Positions 49,145 to 62,419 of a stretch of 64,000 bases of DNA are shown here, piece by piece. The stretch's first letter is position 1, and each line of letters starts with the position of its first letter. The stretch comes from Hemiscyllium ocellatum. Taxonomy: Eukaryota. The notes beneath the pieces are model-generated. The model saw nothing but the letters and a program-made list of their open reading frames with translations. It was not told the origin of the DNA and did not search any database. Location of the stretch: NCBI RefSeq assembly GCF_020745735.1, contig NC_083410.1, forward strand, positions 3,694,117-3,758,116. Reading direction: 5' to 3'. Position numbers and translations under genes: made by a program.

Positions 49145-50105
49145 TGTATGATTAATGATATAAAAAATGGTATTAATAGTAACATTAGCAAATTAGCTGA
49201 TGATACAAAGCTGGGTGGCAGGGTGAAATGTGAGGAGGATGTTAAGAGATTACAGGGTGACCTAGACAGGTTAGGTGAGTGGTCAGTTGCATGGCAGATG
49301 CAGTTTAATGTGGACAAATGTATGGTTATCCACTTTGGTGGCAAGAACAGGAAGGCAGATTACCGAAATGGAGTCAAGTGAGGTAAAGGGGCAGTACAAA
49401 GAGATTTGGGTGTTCTTGTACACCAGTCAATGAAGGCAAGCATGCAGGTACAGCAGGTAGTGGAGAAAGCTAATAGCATACTGGCCTTCATAACAAGAGG
49501 GATTGAGTATAGAAGCATAGAGGTTCTTCTGCAGCTGGACAGGGCCCTGATAAGACTGCACCTGGAATATTGTGTGCTGTTCTGGTCTCCAAAGTTGAGG
49601 AAAGACATTCTGGCTATTGAGGTAGTGCAGCGTAGGTTCACGAGGTCAATTCCTGGAATGGCAGGACTATCTTATGTTGAAAAATTGGAGTGACTGGGTT
49701 TGTATACCCTTGAGAGGGGGTCTGATTGAGATGTATAAGATTATTAAAGGATTGGACACTCTGGAGGCAGGAAACATGTTTCCGCTGATGGGTGAGTCCC
49801 GAGTCAGAGGACACAGCTTAAAAAAAGGGGTGGGCCATTTAGGACAGAGATGAGGAGAAACTTCTTCACCCAGAGAATGGTGGGTGTGTGGAATACTCTG
49901 CCCCAGAAGGCAGTTGAGGCCCAGTCTCTGGATTCATTTAAGAAAGAGTTGGATAGAGCTCTCAAGGATAGTGTAATCAAGGGTTATGGAACTAAGGCAG
50001 GAACAGGATACTCATTGAGGATGGTCAGCCATGATCATAATGAATGGTGGTGCAGGCTCGAAGGGCAGAATAGCCTACTCCTGCACCTATTGTCTATTGT
50101 CTATT
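49145..50105 (+). mobile_element. CR1 3' fragment
   Basis: SKLADDTKLGG, MQFNVDKC, RNFFTQRMVGVWN; ctattgt tail. Confidence 0.88.
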
Positions 50106-50864
50106 GAGTCCTCCATGTCTCATACAGCTCCCCTGAACCACTGACTGTGAGACTGAACATAACAACGAATGAAGTTGAATTAAAAATCCAGCCTCATGGT
50201 GACCATTGACACCAATAACTTCCCATATGGTTATCAATAACTTCCCAGTTAATGAACATATGTCTCAGGGAGGAAAACCTGTCAGTTATAACTGGGCTGC
50301 TCCATATATGACTCCAGACCCACATCAATGTGATTGACTTGAAACAACCCTCTAAAATGGCACTAACAAGACAGTCAGTTCAAGGGGCAATTTGGGAAAG
50401 GGTAGTGAATGCTGGCCCAGCCAGGGACATCGACATCCATGAACGAATAAAAAATAAATCTTCACTCATCAAGGCCCTTTGTTTATTGTAATCATTCTGG
50501 GAATGTGGGTATGGTTGTCTGCACCAGCTTTTATTGACCATCTCTAGTTGCCCTAGTGGTGGCATGAACTGACAGTGCGCAGTAAGTGCAGTGTGGTCAC
50601 AGGCCATTATCAGTCATGTTTGAGACACACACACACTTTTCCAAATTTCCCTTCATAGCCCCAAGGTGTTCAGACCAACTGCAGCCTGGACTGATATTTC
50701 TCTGGGGTACACATATTCTCCATCGGCTGGTAAGAGAGGCTGGAAATTCCCAGGCAGGAGTCACTGAGTTATCTCCTGGATAAACCGGTGGTTATCTTTT
50801 ATTGCTGCATTTGTTGAAAAATTAATTTTTTGAAACAAATAGTATTTTCATTTTTATATTTTAG

Positions 50865-50890
50865 GCCCTAAACAAACTCCTGAAACCTAA
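50865..50890 (+). CDS. Candidate terminal coding exon (G)PKQTPET*
   Basis: Long pyrimidine tract ttttcatttttatattttAG, phase 1 fits exon 4, AATAAA downstream near 51124 and 51317. The peptide is too short to verify. Confidence 0.35.
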
Positions 50891-52939
50891 ATGACAGAAT
50901 CAATCCTTCTGTGCAATACCTGGGTCCTGGAACATAAGAATTATCAGATGCTGACTGTGGGGCACTATTCCCAGACTATACACACTCATTGATATAAATA
51001 GTAAATACTTGAGACCTCAGCACTGACCCTGTGACAGTTTCTGATTCTTACCCTATCTGGCCTAATGTGACTCCAGAAGCACAGTTTAATGTATGTATCC
51101 TCTCTGGGCACTTTGGAATGGCCAATAAATGCTGGCTAGCCATTAATGCCCAATATCCATGAACAAGTGAAAGGTAGGCTTTACCAGTTACAACCTGAAA
51201 ATCACTCATTTATCGCTGCTGTTTGTTGTTGCAAATCCATCTTTTATTTATGATAATATGATCCTCACTTCAACGTGAGCTGTTATTGCACAGCATAAAC
51301 TCTGATGTGCTTTAGAAATAAAAATGTGCCGCATTGACAGATCACCCTTTTCTTCATTGCTTGTTATTTTGTGAACAAGATAATCATTAAGTCAATAATA
51401 TTTTCACTTTCACAAAACCTTGGTGACTCTGCCTCTCTGCACTGGGATTTCAGTCTCTTGTTATAACAGCCTTGGTCATGGACTTGAACACTTTCTCCTC
51501 AACAAATGTTTGGCTAATTCTTTATTATTTTTTACTGGCTTGGAAGTGAACTTGCTGAGGGTGGTGTTCATACTTATCTGCTTCCCTTGCGTTTCCAAAT
51601 GGAAGCAGTCTTGAGTTCAGACAATGCTGTCTGAGGACATGTGGTGATTTTCTGCAGTGCATCTTGTAGATGGTGCACACTGCTGTTACTGAGCCTCGGT
51701 GGTAAAGGGCACCATCGTAGATGTGATGCCATTCAAGCAGTTGCTTTGTCCTGAATGGTATCGAGCTCATTTCCTTTTGTTGGGATGTTTATGATGATAT
51801 CGCCTATGCCATGCATTCCTTAACTTCTTACCCTAAGTTGCTGCCACCACAGCCACTTCCGCCCCCATCGACATTACTCACTTGAATATTGACAATGACA
51901 TTGCATACATCATGGAATACATCACTTCCGCCCCTGCAGATGCTGCTGAATGCACCACTTTCACTCCCCTGACTTCCCAGGGTTAGCATCACTTCTGATG
52001 GTGACATCACCCATGATGCCTTAACCACACACATTCAAAAGACAGTCTCAGCACACACTCACAGCTCCAGTCCCACACAAGGTCTGAGCTCTCATCATTG
52101 CCATGTTTTTCCATCCTTCCAGCCTTCCCCCTCACTGAGGATGAATGATCAGTCCTCAGTAAAGTCCTTACCTTCATTCTCTACATCCCAGATCAATGAA
52201 TACGACATGCGTTGCGATATCAAACACTTCTGCCTGCAGGCTTACTTTTTCCACATCCAGATGCCTTTTAAATGTTGTGATTGTGTCCACCTCCACAACT
52301 TCCTCTGGCAGCTTGTTTAATGCACTGGAACAGTTGCCCCTTAGATCCCTTTTAAATCTTTCCCCACTCGGCCTAAACTTATGCTCTCTACTTTTGGACT
52401 CTCTACCCCAGGAAAAAGATTTTCCATGCCCCTTGTGACATTATGACCCCCTGTAAGGTCATGTATCAACCTCCGATGCTGAACATTACACAGACATTAG
52501 TGAATATTCCCATTTATGATCTTATGACAAAGAAAGACACACAATGTTTGCAAGTCTCCATTCTTTTGGTATTTCTCCTGAGTTAAGGGAGGGCTGAGTG
52601 ATTACGGCCAATGTCTCCACAATTTCCTCTTTTACTGCATTGAAATTCATTGGCTATAACTTATCCGGTCCTAGTATCCTGTCAACTTGGAGAAATGATA
52701 GCTTATCCAATAACTTCTCCTGATCAATTCTCAACACTTTATCATCTGCTTTGTCACCATGTCTTCAGCTACGACTGTGTTGTGAAAATGCTGGAAAATT
52801 TCAATAAAACGATGATGTGTGCTGAATTATCACATCCGTTTGAGATGGGCGACACGGTAGGTTATTTCTATTAGTAAGCATCTGAACATCTAGCTCCATA
52901 ACATGACGACAATTACAATCATACAATACGGATATCAAT

Positions 52940-53160
52940 GGCGGTATGTATACCCAGCAGACCCCGCGGTTGAGGACCCGCTAGCCCAGTATTTTGTTAT
53001 ACCCTCACGTGACACCGACAGTAGAGCATGCGCTGCACATGCGCATTGCCGATTCTGGCCATGCCAGGGTTTGTTTCTCTTCTGCGGGAAGCAACATCAG
53101 CCAGATGTCAGGCGAAAGGAAACTTCCTTGTCTTCTGTCATCTTCCGCAAAACTTTGCAG
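52940..53160. promoter_or_regulatory. CpG-rich promoter-like island
   Basis: Locally many CpGs; TCACGTGA E-box; gcatgcgctgcacatgcgca NRF1-like repeats; cttccg Ets-like site. Confidence 0.35.
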
Positions 53161-53719
53161 GGCCGATGTTTGCAACAGAAACAGAGATTAGGAGCAGGAG
53201 GAGGCATTTCCAACCCGCTCCTCCATTCATTATGGTCAGGGCTCATCATCCATGGGCTGTATCCAACACAAAATCATCCAGCATGGTAACAGACTCTTTG
53301 GTCCAACTATTCCATGCTGTTCATGATTCAAAACTTGTCCCACTTGCCTACATTTAGCCCAAATCCCTTCAAACCTGTCCTGTGCATGTACTGATCCAAA
53401 TGTCTCATAAATATTGTAAATGTACCTGTATCCATCACTTTTTGCTCTATGCAAGATGGTAGTGGGGTAGGAGTCTCCAGTCGGAGCTCCTCTGCTCACC
53501 AGTTCCTTTTCCCTGCTTTTTTTTTTTGTTTTCCCCACTTTCTTTTCCCCCTCTTACAGTACATTTTGTCTTCTTCTGACCTCCAAACCCCCCCACACAC
53601 AACTTCAATCAACCCACTGGGAGAAAAGGAGTCACACCAGAAGATGAGGTGGGAGCTGAACATGTCAAACATTTCCCACAGCAGTAGCAGCAGCACAGAA
53701 TGATGGCAGCAGGAAATGC

Positions 53720-53945
53720 ATGGGCCAAGGTGAGATCCAGAGGGATGGTCAGACCGAGACCTGGAGCAACATCCAGGCCAGGTCCCAGAGGGACAGCCAG
53801 GCCAGGCCAAGACCCACAGCAACAGACAGGCCGGGTCCCAGAGGCACAACCAGACCGAGACCCAGAGGGACAGTCAGGCCAGGCCAAGAACCACAGCAAC
53901 AGACAGGCCGGGTCCCAGAGGGACAGCCAGACTGAGACCCAGAGG
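53720..53945. repeat. Degenerate GC-rich tandem repeat (about 23-bp subunits, about 73-bp higher-order unit)
   Basis: Recurrent cccagagggacagccaggcca; cacagcaacagacaggccgggtcccagag occurs twice. Followed by a catgtgacaataaa retroelement-type tail near 54110. Confidence 0.7.
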
Positions 53946-54119
53946 TCTCTATAGGGACCTCAAATTCTTTCTCTATAGGGGCAATTTTTGTTTTACTCTG
54001 TAAGATCTGTGCCGAGGTACTTGTACCTAAGATGGTGCCCATAAAAGGCAGCAATTGTAAAATCTTTTCACTGTACTCCTATACTTCTGTACTGGAGTGC
54101 ATGTGACAATAAAGTACAT

Positions 54120-54450
54120 TCGATTCTTCCTCTGGCAGGTCATTTGACACTCTCTGTGTACAAAAAAGTTGCCTCGTGTCCTTTTTAAATCTTTCTCCTC
54201 TCACCTTAAAAACAGTTCTCCTCATTTTGAACTCCCCTGTCCTCAGGAAAAGACCTATGCTATTCACCTTATCTATGACACTCATGATTTTACAAACCTC
54301 TATACAGTCACCCCTCAACCTCCAGTGCTCCAGTGGAAAAAGTTCCAGCCTATTTTTATAACTCAAATCTTCCATTCCTGGCAAGATCCTGGAAATGGTT
54401 TCTGAACCCTCACAAATTTAATAGTGTCCTTCCTATAGCAGGGTGACCAG
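54120..54450 (-). mobile_element. CR1 3' fragment
   Basis: LEHWRLRGDCIEVCKIM motif. Confidence 0.8.
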
Positions 54451-55609
54451 AACTACTCCAGAAGAAGCCCAGTTTGAGGGTTGGAGCAGGATGGTGCTGT
54501 TTATTGTCGACAAAATGGCAGCATGGAGTGGGTAGGAGATGCAACATGTTGATGACTGATCTGTGGAGTGGGATCCAGTGACAAAGGCCTTCTGCCCAAC
54601 AACAACTATGTGATTTCTTGCTCTACACCTGATGAAGGAGCAGCACGATGAAAACTTGTGATTTCAAATAAACCTGTTGGACTATAGTCTGATGTCATGT
54701 AACTTCTGACTATGTCCAACCCAGTCCAATACCGGCACATCCACATCATTGCTGCCTGAACAGCTTGTGAACGTGAATGGCTTTAGTCAAAAGCCATCGG
54801 ATCTCTGGTAATTGATGTTAAGGCTTTTTCTCTGCCATAAAAGCTAACTAATGCCTGAAGAAAGCCAGTTTATTTTCCCTTGTCAGCTGCTGCAAGCTGT
54901 TGCTTTCAACAAGAATTTGTAAACCAGTCATTCTGTGTTTCCTACAAGGAAGTGGAAAACACCTGAAGAGAGAGAGAGATCAACAAACAGCAAATCTTGA
55001 TGAACAAAATGTACATTCATTCACAGACATGGAAACTGTCTATGGAAATAGATTGGGCTGTTGTTTAAAAATGCCTGAAAGAAAGACAATTCCAGTGGGA
55101 CAAGGAAATCAAGGAAATTCAAGAAGGTTGAATGTGTTAAATTCTCAGAGTTCCTTCAATGTCTTGCTGATGAGGCTGATTCCAGGAAGTTAGACAATGA
55201 TGGGAGATCTCCTAACCATATTCAGATTCCAATGGGCAATAGTTACAAATCCTGATATTCGAAACTTTATCTTTGCAAATGCCTCATGAAGAGATTTTAT
55301 CAGCATTTCCCTTGTCCTTTACTGACTGAGAGGGAGAAACTGTGTAGCTGGTCCTGCTGGAAGATCTCTTCTTTTATCAAACAAGAGTAATCTTTTTTCA
55401 CTGCTTTTCATCAGCCTCATGATTTTGCTTCAGCCGCTCTCCTTAAATATCCAAACAATTCCACATTCCAGATTCTTACAGTTCATTTTTATGTCATCCT
55501 AATATGGATTTCTGTTCAGTGTTTACTTTTTGAGACAGAACTTTAAAGGGTGGTCCTGATGTTACCTTACACATTTCATGACTTTTTCTCAACAAAAGTC
55601 AATTCCCAG

Positions 55610-56205
55610 AATGGCGGGACTATCTTATGCTGAAAGATTGGAGTGACTGGGCTTGTATATGCTTGAGGAGAAAGTGAGGACTGCAGACGCTGGAGATCTT
55701 CCTGAAGAAGGGCTCATGCCCGAAATGTCGACTCTCCTGCTCCTTGAATGTTGCCTGACCTGCTGTGCTTTTCCAGCAACACATTTTCAGCTTGTATATG
55801 CTTGAGTTTAGAAGGCTGAGAGGGGATCTGATTGAGACTTATAAGATTATTAAAGGATTGGACACTCTGGAGGCAGGAAACATGTTTCCGCTGAAGGGTG
55901 AGTCCCGAACCAGAGGACACAGTTTAAGGGGTAGGCCACTTAGAACAGAGTTGAGGAGAAACCTCTTCACCCAGAGAGTGGTGGGTGTATGGAATGCTCT
56001 GCCCCAGAAGGCTGTGGAGGCCAAGTCTCTGGATACTTTTAAGAAAGAGTTGGATAGAGCTCTTAAGGATAGTGGAATCAAGGATTATGGGGTTAAGGCA
56101 GGAACAGGATACTGATTGAGGATGATCAGCCATGATCATAATGAATGATGGTGCTGGCTCGAAGGGCAGAATGGCCTACTCCTGCACCTATTGTCTATTG
56201 TCTAA
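55610..56205 (+). mobile_element. CR1 3' fragment inserted in module A
   Basis: LEFRRLRGDLIETYKII..FTQRVVGVWNALP; absent from the 5.5-kb copy. Confidence 0.88.
55668..55789 (+). mobile_element. Penelope pLTR fragment with hammerhead motif nested in CR1
   Basis: CTGAAGAagggctcatgcccGAAAtgtc; 17-bp TSD gcttgtatatgcttgag at 55651-55667 and 55790-55806. Confidence 0.85.
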
Positions 56206-56789
56206 AGAGTATGCTGTCAGCTCTGACTGCTCCTGCACACTCATTAGAATTGAATTTTAAATAGAATTGTCTCCACTGCTCTTATTTCTCCATCCAATCT
56301 GAGTATCCTCACATCTCTCTGCATTACATCTGATCTGTTTTTGGCTGCCCACTCTCCCTTAATGGGGCAAGTAGAACAGAAAGTCCCAGGAACTACCTGA
56401 GTCAGGATGGGGACTGAAGCCAGGTTCTCAGCAACATTCAACATGAAGCTCCAGGTAAATATATTGGAAACTCCCAGAATATTATGATCACTCTTCCCTA
56501 CTCAGGTTGCCCAGATGGCTGGAGTACAATGTAGAATAATGACAATATCTCAGCTTCAATTCCAGTCTCAGCTGTGGGAGTCATGGAGAGCAAGCCCTTG
56601 CCCTGTGCTCGATGTGGAGTGGTTCCCTTTAACCTGGATCGAACCAATTGCCTCCCGAAAAGAGAGGGATGTGTGTGCCCCTTTGTGCTCTATGGTTCAT
56701 TCCCAATCCCTGGGAGATTCCCCTGCAGATGTGAAACCTCATAAAGTTGATTGTTTCGTATTAGTTCATTGGGTTAAACTAAGTCTTAC

Positions 56790-59700
56790 AATGGAAGGGG
56801 ACCTCAGATTCATGGCACGTGTCTCTTGCTTGAAGTGGGAGCTCAGAAACGTGGCTGATGACCCTGACTCTTAAACTTGCAAGAAGTGTGTCCAGGTGCA
56901 GCTCTTGTTTGATGGAATGATGGCACTGGAGCTGCAGATAGACTCACTGTGGAGCATCTACGATGCTGAGGAGGTCGTGGATAGCACATTTAGTGAATTG
57001 GTCATACCGCAGATTAGAATTACTGAGGGAGACAATGAATGGGTGACCAAAAGACAGAGAAAGACTAGGAAGGCAGTGCATGTGTCCCCTGCGATCATCT
57101 CCCTCCAAAACAGGTATACCATTTTGGATACTGTTGGGGGTGATGCCTCATCAGGGGAAGGCAGCAGTAGCGAGGTTCATGGCAGCATGGTGAGCTCTGC
57201 ATTTCAGAAGGGTGGGAAAAAGATATGGCCCTATGAGTCACTAGGGATTCTATTGTAAGAGGAGTAGATGGGTGGTTCTGTAACAGAAAATTAGATTCTC
57301 TGATGGTATTATGCCTCCCACATGCTCGGGTCAGGGATGTCACTGATCAGCTGCGGATGGTGTAGGACAGAGGGGTTCAGATTTGAGAGACTATGAGACT
57401 GGTTCTGGGGAAATGGGACTGTTATAAATTGGATGGTCTACACCTGAACCAGACTGGGATGAATGTCCTTGCAAGAGGTTTTGCTACTGCTGTTGGGGTG
57501 GGTTTAAATTAATGTGGCAAGGGGTTTGGAACAAGAAGAGTGGACAGTGAGGTGGAAACTGGAGACTGTAAGGAACAGGATCATGAAGTTAAAATTAACA
57601 GGAGGAAGAGTAAGCAGAGAGCAAATGTACGCAAAGGAACTGGTGGTCTGAAGTTCATATGCTTTAATGCAAGGGGTATAGTGATTAAGGCAAACAAACG
57701 TTGGGCTTGGATTGGTGCCTGGTTGGATGATGTCATTGCAATCACAGAGACTTGATCGAAAGAAGAGCATGATTGGCAACTAAATGTTCCAGGATACAGA
57801 TGCTTCAGACAGGACAGGGAGGGAAGTAAAGCAGTGGGGAGGAGTTGCATTGCTGGTCAGGGATGATATCACGGCTGTGCTAAAGGACAACATGATGGAG
57901 GGCATGAGCTGTGAGGCATTATGGGTAGTGCTGAGAAATAAGAAGGGTGCAGTTACATTGAGGGGGCTGTATTACAGGCCTCCCAACATGAGGTAGAAGG
58001 ACAAATAGATTAACAGATTATGGCAAGATGTAGAAGCAAAGGATGGTCATGATGGGAGGTTTTAATTTTCCCAACATTGACTGGGATACACTTGGTGTCA
58101 GAGATCTGGATGGGGCAGAATTGGTAAGGATCATCCAGGAAAACATTATGTCAATAGTCCGATGAAGGAAGAGGCCACATTGGATCTGCTATTGGGGAAT
58201 GAGCCAGGACAGATGGTAGAAGTTGCAGTGGGGACTTCTTTGTGAATATTGACCACAATTCTGTAAGTTTTAGAATACTCAAAGACAAAGATGAGAGTGG
58301 TCTGAAGGGAAGAGTAATAAACCGGGCCAAGAGCAATGATATCAAAATTTGGCCGGAGCTGAGAAATGTGGATTGAGGGTAGCTATTTGAAGGGAAGTCA
58401 ACATTTGATATGTAGGAGGCTTTCAAAGATAGGTTGGGGATAGTTCAGGATAGGCATGTCCCTTTGTAAACAAGGGATAGAAAAGGCAAGATTCATGAAC
58501 TGTGGATGACAGGAGAGATCATGCAACTAGCCAAGAGGAAAAGGGAAGTGTACATAAGGTCCAGGCAGCTAAGAACAGAATGGGCCTTGGAGGAACATCA
58601 GGAGAGTAGGACCAATCTCAAAGGAGGAATCAAGTGGGCTAAAAAGGGTCATGAAATAATTTTAGCAAGGAGAATAAGGAGAATCTTAAGGCTTTTTATT
58701 CATATAATGAAGCAAGAGGATAACTAGAGAAATGGTTGGTTCACTAAAGGACAAGAAGGAAGGTTGCCTGTCGAACCAGAGAAAATAGGTGAGATTCTCA
58801 ATGATTGCTTTACATCAGTGTTCACTGAGGAGAGGAACATGATGAATGTTGAGATTAGAGATAGAAGTTTGGTACTCTGGATCACATTGGCATAAGGAGG
58901 GAGGATGTATTGGGGAGGCTAAAGGATATTAAGGTGGGCAAATCTCCAGAGCTGATATGATCTATCCCAAGTTGCTGAGGGAGACGAGAGAGCAAATAGC
59001 TGGGGCCCTGACAGACACCTTTGTAACATCCTTAAACACAGGTGAAGTGCAGACAGACTGGAGAGTTGATAATGCTGTCCCCCTGTTCAAGTAGGGATAT
59101 TGCAGGTAACTATGGACCAGTGACCCTGACAACAGTGGTGGGAAAGTACTGAGGGATAGGATTTACTTATATGGAAGAGAATGGGCTTACCAGTGATAGG
59201 CAACATGTTTTTGTGCATGGGAGATAGAGTTCTTTGAGGAAGTGACCAAGTTGATAGCTGAAGGAAGGGCTGTAGATGTCATAAACATGGACTTTAGTAA
59301 GGCGGTTGTTAAGGTTCCCCATGTAAACCAATGGAGAAAGTGAAGTCACATGGTGTGTAGGGTGTTCAAGCTAGCTGGATAAAGAACTGGTTGAGCAACA
59401 GGATACAGAGAGTAGTAGTCGAAGAGAGTTTCTCAAAATGGAGAAAGGTGACCAGTGGTGTTCCACAGGGGTCAGTATTAGGGCCACTGTTATTTGTGAT
59501 ATACATAAATAATCTGGAAGAGGGCACTGTTGGTCTGATCTGTAAGTTTGCATATGACATGAAGATTGGTGGAGTAGCAGAAAGCATAGGGTCTGTCAAA
59601 CAATACAGGAGAATATAGACTGGAGAGTTGGGCAGAGAAGTGGCAGATGGAGTTCAATCTAGGCAAATGTGAGGTGATGCATTTTGGGAAGTCTAATTCG

Positions 59701-60240
59701 AGAGCAAACCATGCTGTAAATGGAACAGCCTTGGGAAAAGTTGATGAACAGAGAGATCTGGGAGTTTAAGTCCATTGTATCCTGAACGTTACTGCACAAG
59801 TGGATAGAGTGGTCAAAAAGGCATATGGTATGCTTGCCTTCACCAGACTGGGTATTGAGTATAAGAGCTGGCAGGTCATGTGAAAATTGTATATGACATT
59901 GTAACAGCCACATTTATAAGACTGTATGCAATTCTGGTCGCCACATTCCCAAAAGGATGTGGACACTTTGAAGAGGGTGCAGAGAAGGTTTACGAGGATG
60001 TTGCCTGGAATGGAAGGTGCTAGCTGTGAAGAGAGGTTGAGTAGGTTAGGAATGTTTTCATTAGAAAAAAGGAGATTGAGGGCAACCTGACTTAGGTCTA
60101 CAACATCATGAAGGGTATAAACAAGTTAGATAGAGATAAACCTTTTCTTAGTGTAAGGAATTCAATATCACGATGTCACGCTTCCAAAATGAGAGGAGAA
60201 ACATTTAAGGGAGGGGGGGAACACACCAAGTACTTTACAT
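56790..60240 (+). mobile_element. Near full-length degenerate CR1 (ORF1 and ORF2)
   Basis: ORF1 VSCLKWELR..TCKKCVQVQLL; endonuclease CFNARGI..IAITET; RT SGVPQGSVLGPLLF. Confidence 0.9.
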
Positions 60241-61830
60241 AGAACATAGAACATTACAGCGCAGTACAGGCCCTTCGGCCCTTGATGTTGCACCAACCTG
60301 TCATACCAATCTGAAGCCCATCTAACCTACACTATTCCATGTACTTGTCCATATACTTGTCCAATGACAACTTAAATACACTTAAAGTTGGCGAATCTAC
60401 TTCCGTTGCAGGCAAAGCATTCCATACCCTTACTACTCTTTGAGTAAAGAAACTACCTCTGACATCTGTCCTATATCTATCACCCCTCAATTTAAAGCTA
60501 TGCCCCCTCAGGCTGGCCGTCACCATACTTGGAAAAAGGCTCTCCCTGTCCACCCTACCTAACCCTCTGATTATCTTATATGTCTCTATTAAGTCACTTC
60601 TCAATCTTCTTCTCTCCAATGAAAACAGCCTCAAGTCCCTCAGCCTTTCCTCATAAGAACATCCCTCCATACCAGGCAATATCCTCGTAAATCTCCTCTG
60701 CACTCTTTCCAAAGCTTCCACATCCTTCTTATAATGCAGTGACCGGAACTGTACACAATACTCCAAGTGCAGCTGCACCAGAGTTTTGTACAGCTGTAGC
60801 ATAACCTCATGGTCTGGAACTCAATCCTTCTATTAATAAAAGCTAAAACACTGTATGCCTTCTTAACAACCCCGTCAACCTGGGGGTAACTTTCAAAGAT
60901 CTGTTTATCTGGACACCAAGCTCTCTCTGCTCAGTGACACTACCAAGAATCTTACCATTAGCCCAATACTTTACATTCCGGTTACTCTGACCAAAGTGAA
61001 TCACATCACACTTGTCTGCATTAAACTCCATTTGCCACCTCTCAGACCAGCTCTGCAGCTTATCAATGTCTGTCTGTAACCTACAACATCCTTTGTCACT
61101 ATTCACAACTCCACTGACCTTAGTAACGTCTGCAAATTTACTAATCCATCCTTCTACGCCCTCATCCAGGTCATTTATATAAATGACAAACAACAGTGGA
61201 CCCAAATCAAGAACCTTGCAGTTTACCACTAGTAACTGGACTCCAGGATGACCATTTCCCATCAACCACCACCCTCTGTCTTCTTTCAGCTAGTCAATTA
61301 CTGATCCAAACTGCTATATCTCCCACAATCCCATTCCTCCCGATTTCGTACAATCATCTACTACGGGCAACCTGATCAAATGCCTTACTGAAATTCATAT
61401 ACACCACATCAACCACTTTACCCTCATCCACTGTTTGGTCACCTTCTCAAAGAACTCCATGAGATTTGTGAGGCATGATCAACCCATCACAAAACCATGT
61501 TGATTATCCCTAATTAACTTATTCCTTTCCAGATGATTATAAATTCCATCTCTTATAATCTTTTCTAAAACTTTACCAATAACTGAAGTTACCAGGGTTG
61601 TCTCTACTCCCCATCTTGAACAGGGGAACCACGTTTACGATCCTCCAGTCTTCTGGCACTATTCCTGTAGACAATGACGATTTAAAGATCAATGTTAAAG
61701 GCTCGGCAATCTCCTCCCTGGCTTCCCAGAGGATCCTAGGATAAATCCCATCCAGCCCAGGGAACATATCTATTTTCACACTCTGCAGGATTTCTAATAC
61801 TTCTTCCTTGTGAACCTCAACATTGTATCG
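60240..61830 (-). mobile_element. CR1 RT to 3' end
   Basis: LLFVIYINDLDEGVEGWISKFADVTK; LQLYKTLVQLHLEYCVQF; atagaac tail at 60240. Confidence 0.9.
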
Positions 61831-62419
61831 TAGGTGCCTGGAACGCATTGCCAGCAGAGGTAGTACAGGTGAGCACGTAGATTCATTTAAGATGTATCTG
61901 GACAGATGTATGAGTAGGATTGGAGCAGAGGGATACAGACGCTCAGGAAATGAGCGATAGACTTAGAGAGTGGATATGGATCGCCACAGACTTGGAGGGC
62001 CAAAGAGCCTGTTCTTGCCTGTAAATTTTTTGTTCCTTTTTATTCATATGAATAGACATAAAACAAAAGTGGGAATAATTTGGCAGCCAGTGGGATACTG
62101 CCGGCATCAGTCCTAGCTGCAAGGAGGATGCAGAGGATGCAGACATGTTGAATGAGTGGGCATATGCCTGGCAGCTACAGGATAATATGAATAAATGTGA
62201 GGTTACACCCTGCCATACAAAAAAACAGGAAGGCAGGTTATCATCTGAATGATGACAGATTGGGAAACAGGGGAGGTGCAATGAGACCAGAGTGTCCTTG
62301 CACGTCAGTCACTGAAAGGAAGTGTGTGGGTGCAAAAGGCAGTGAAGAAGACAAATAGGATGTTGGCCTCAAAGAGTGAAGAACAGTACGTCACATTTCT
62401 AAAATGTTGGACAAACAGG

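Larger units (their letters stand above)
30859..50890 (+). pseudogene. Multi-exon non-rearranging VJ-type immune receptor gene (V-V-V-TM-cytoplasmic Tyr motifs), apparently disabled
   Basis: Nine candidate exons with AG/GT boundaries and compatible phases (1-1, 1-1, 1-1, 1-2, 2-[2], 2-0, 0-0, 0-1, 1-stop). Leader exon not found. Confidence 0.75.
54680..56740. repeat. Joined copy of modules B and A (paralogous receptor-unit remnant, minus orientation)
   Basis: 54680-55010 is the reverse complement of 28970-29367; 55030-56740 is colinear with 4980-6060. Confidence 0.8.

Noticed and set aside
53700-53954. Pro/Gly/Arg-rich ORFs
   Set aside because: Open in several frames on both strands because of a stop-poor tandem repeat next to a retroelement-type tail.
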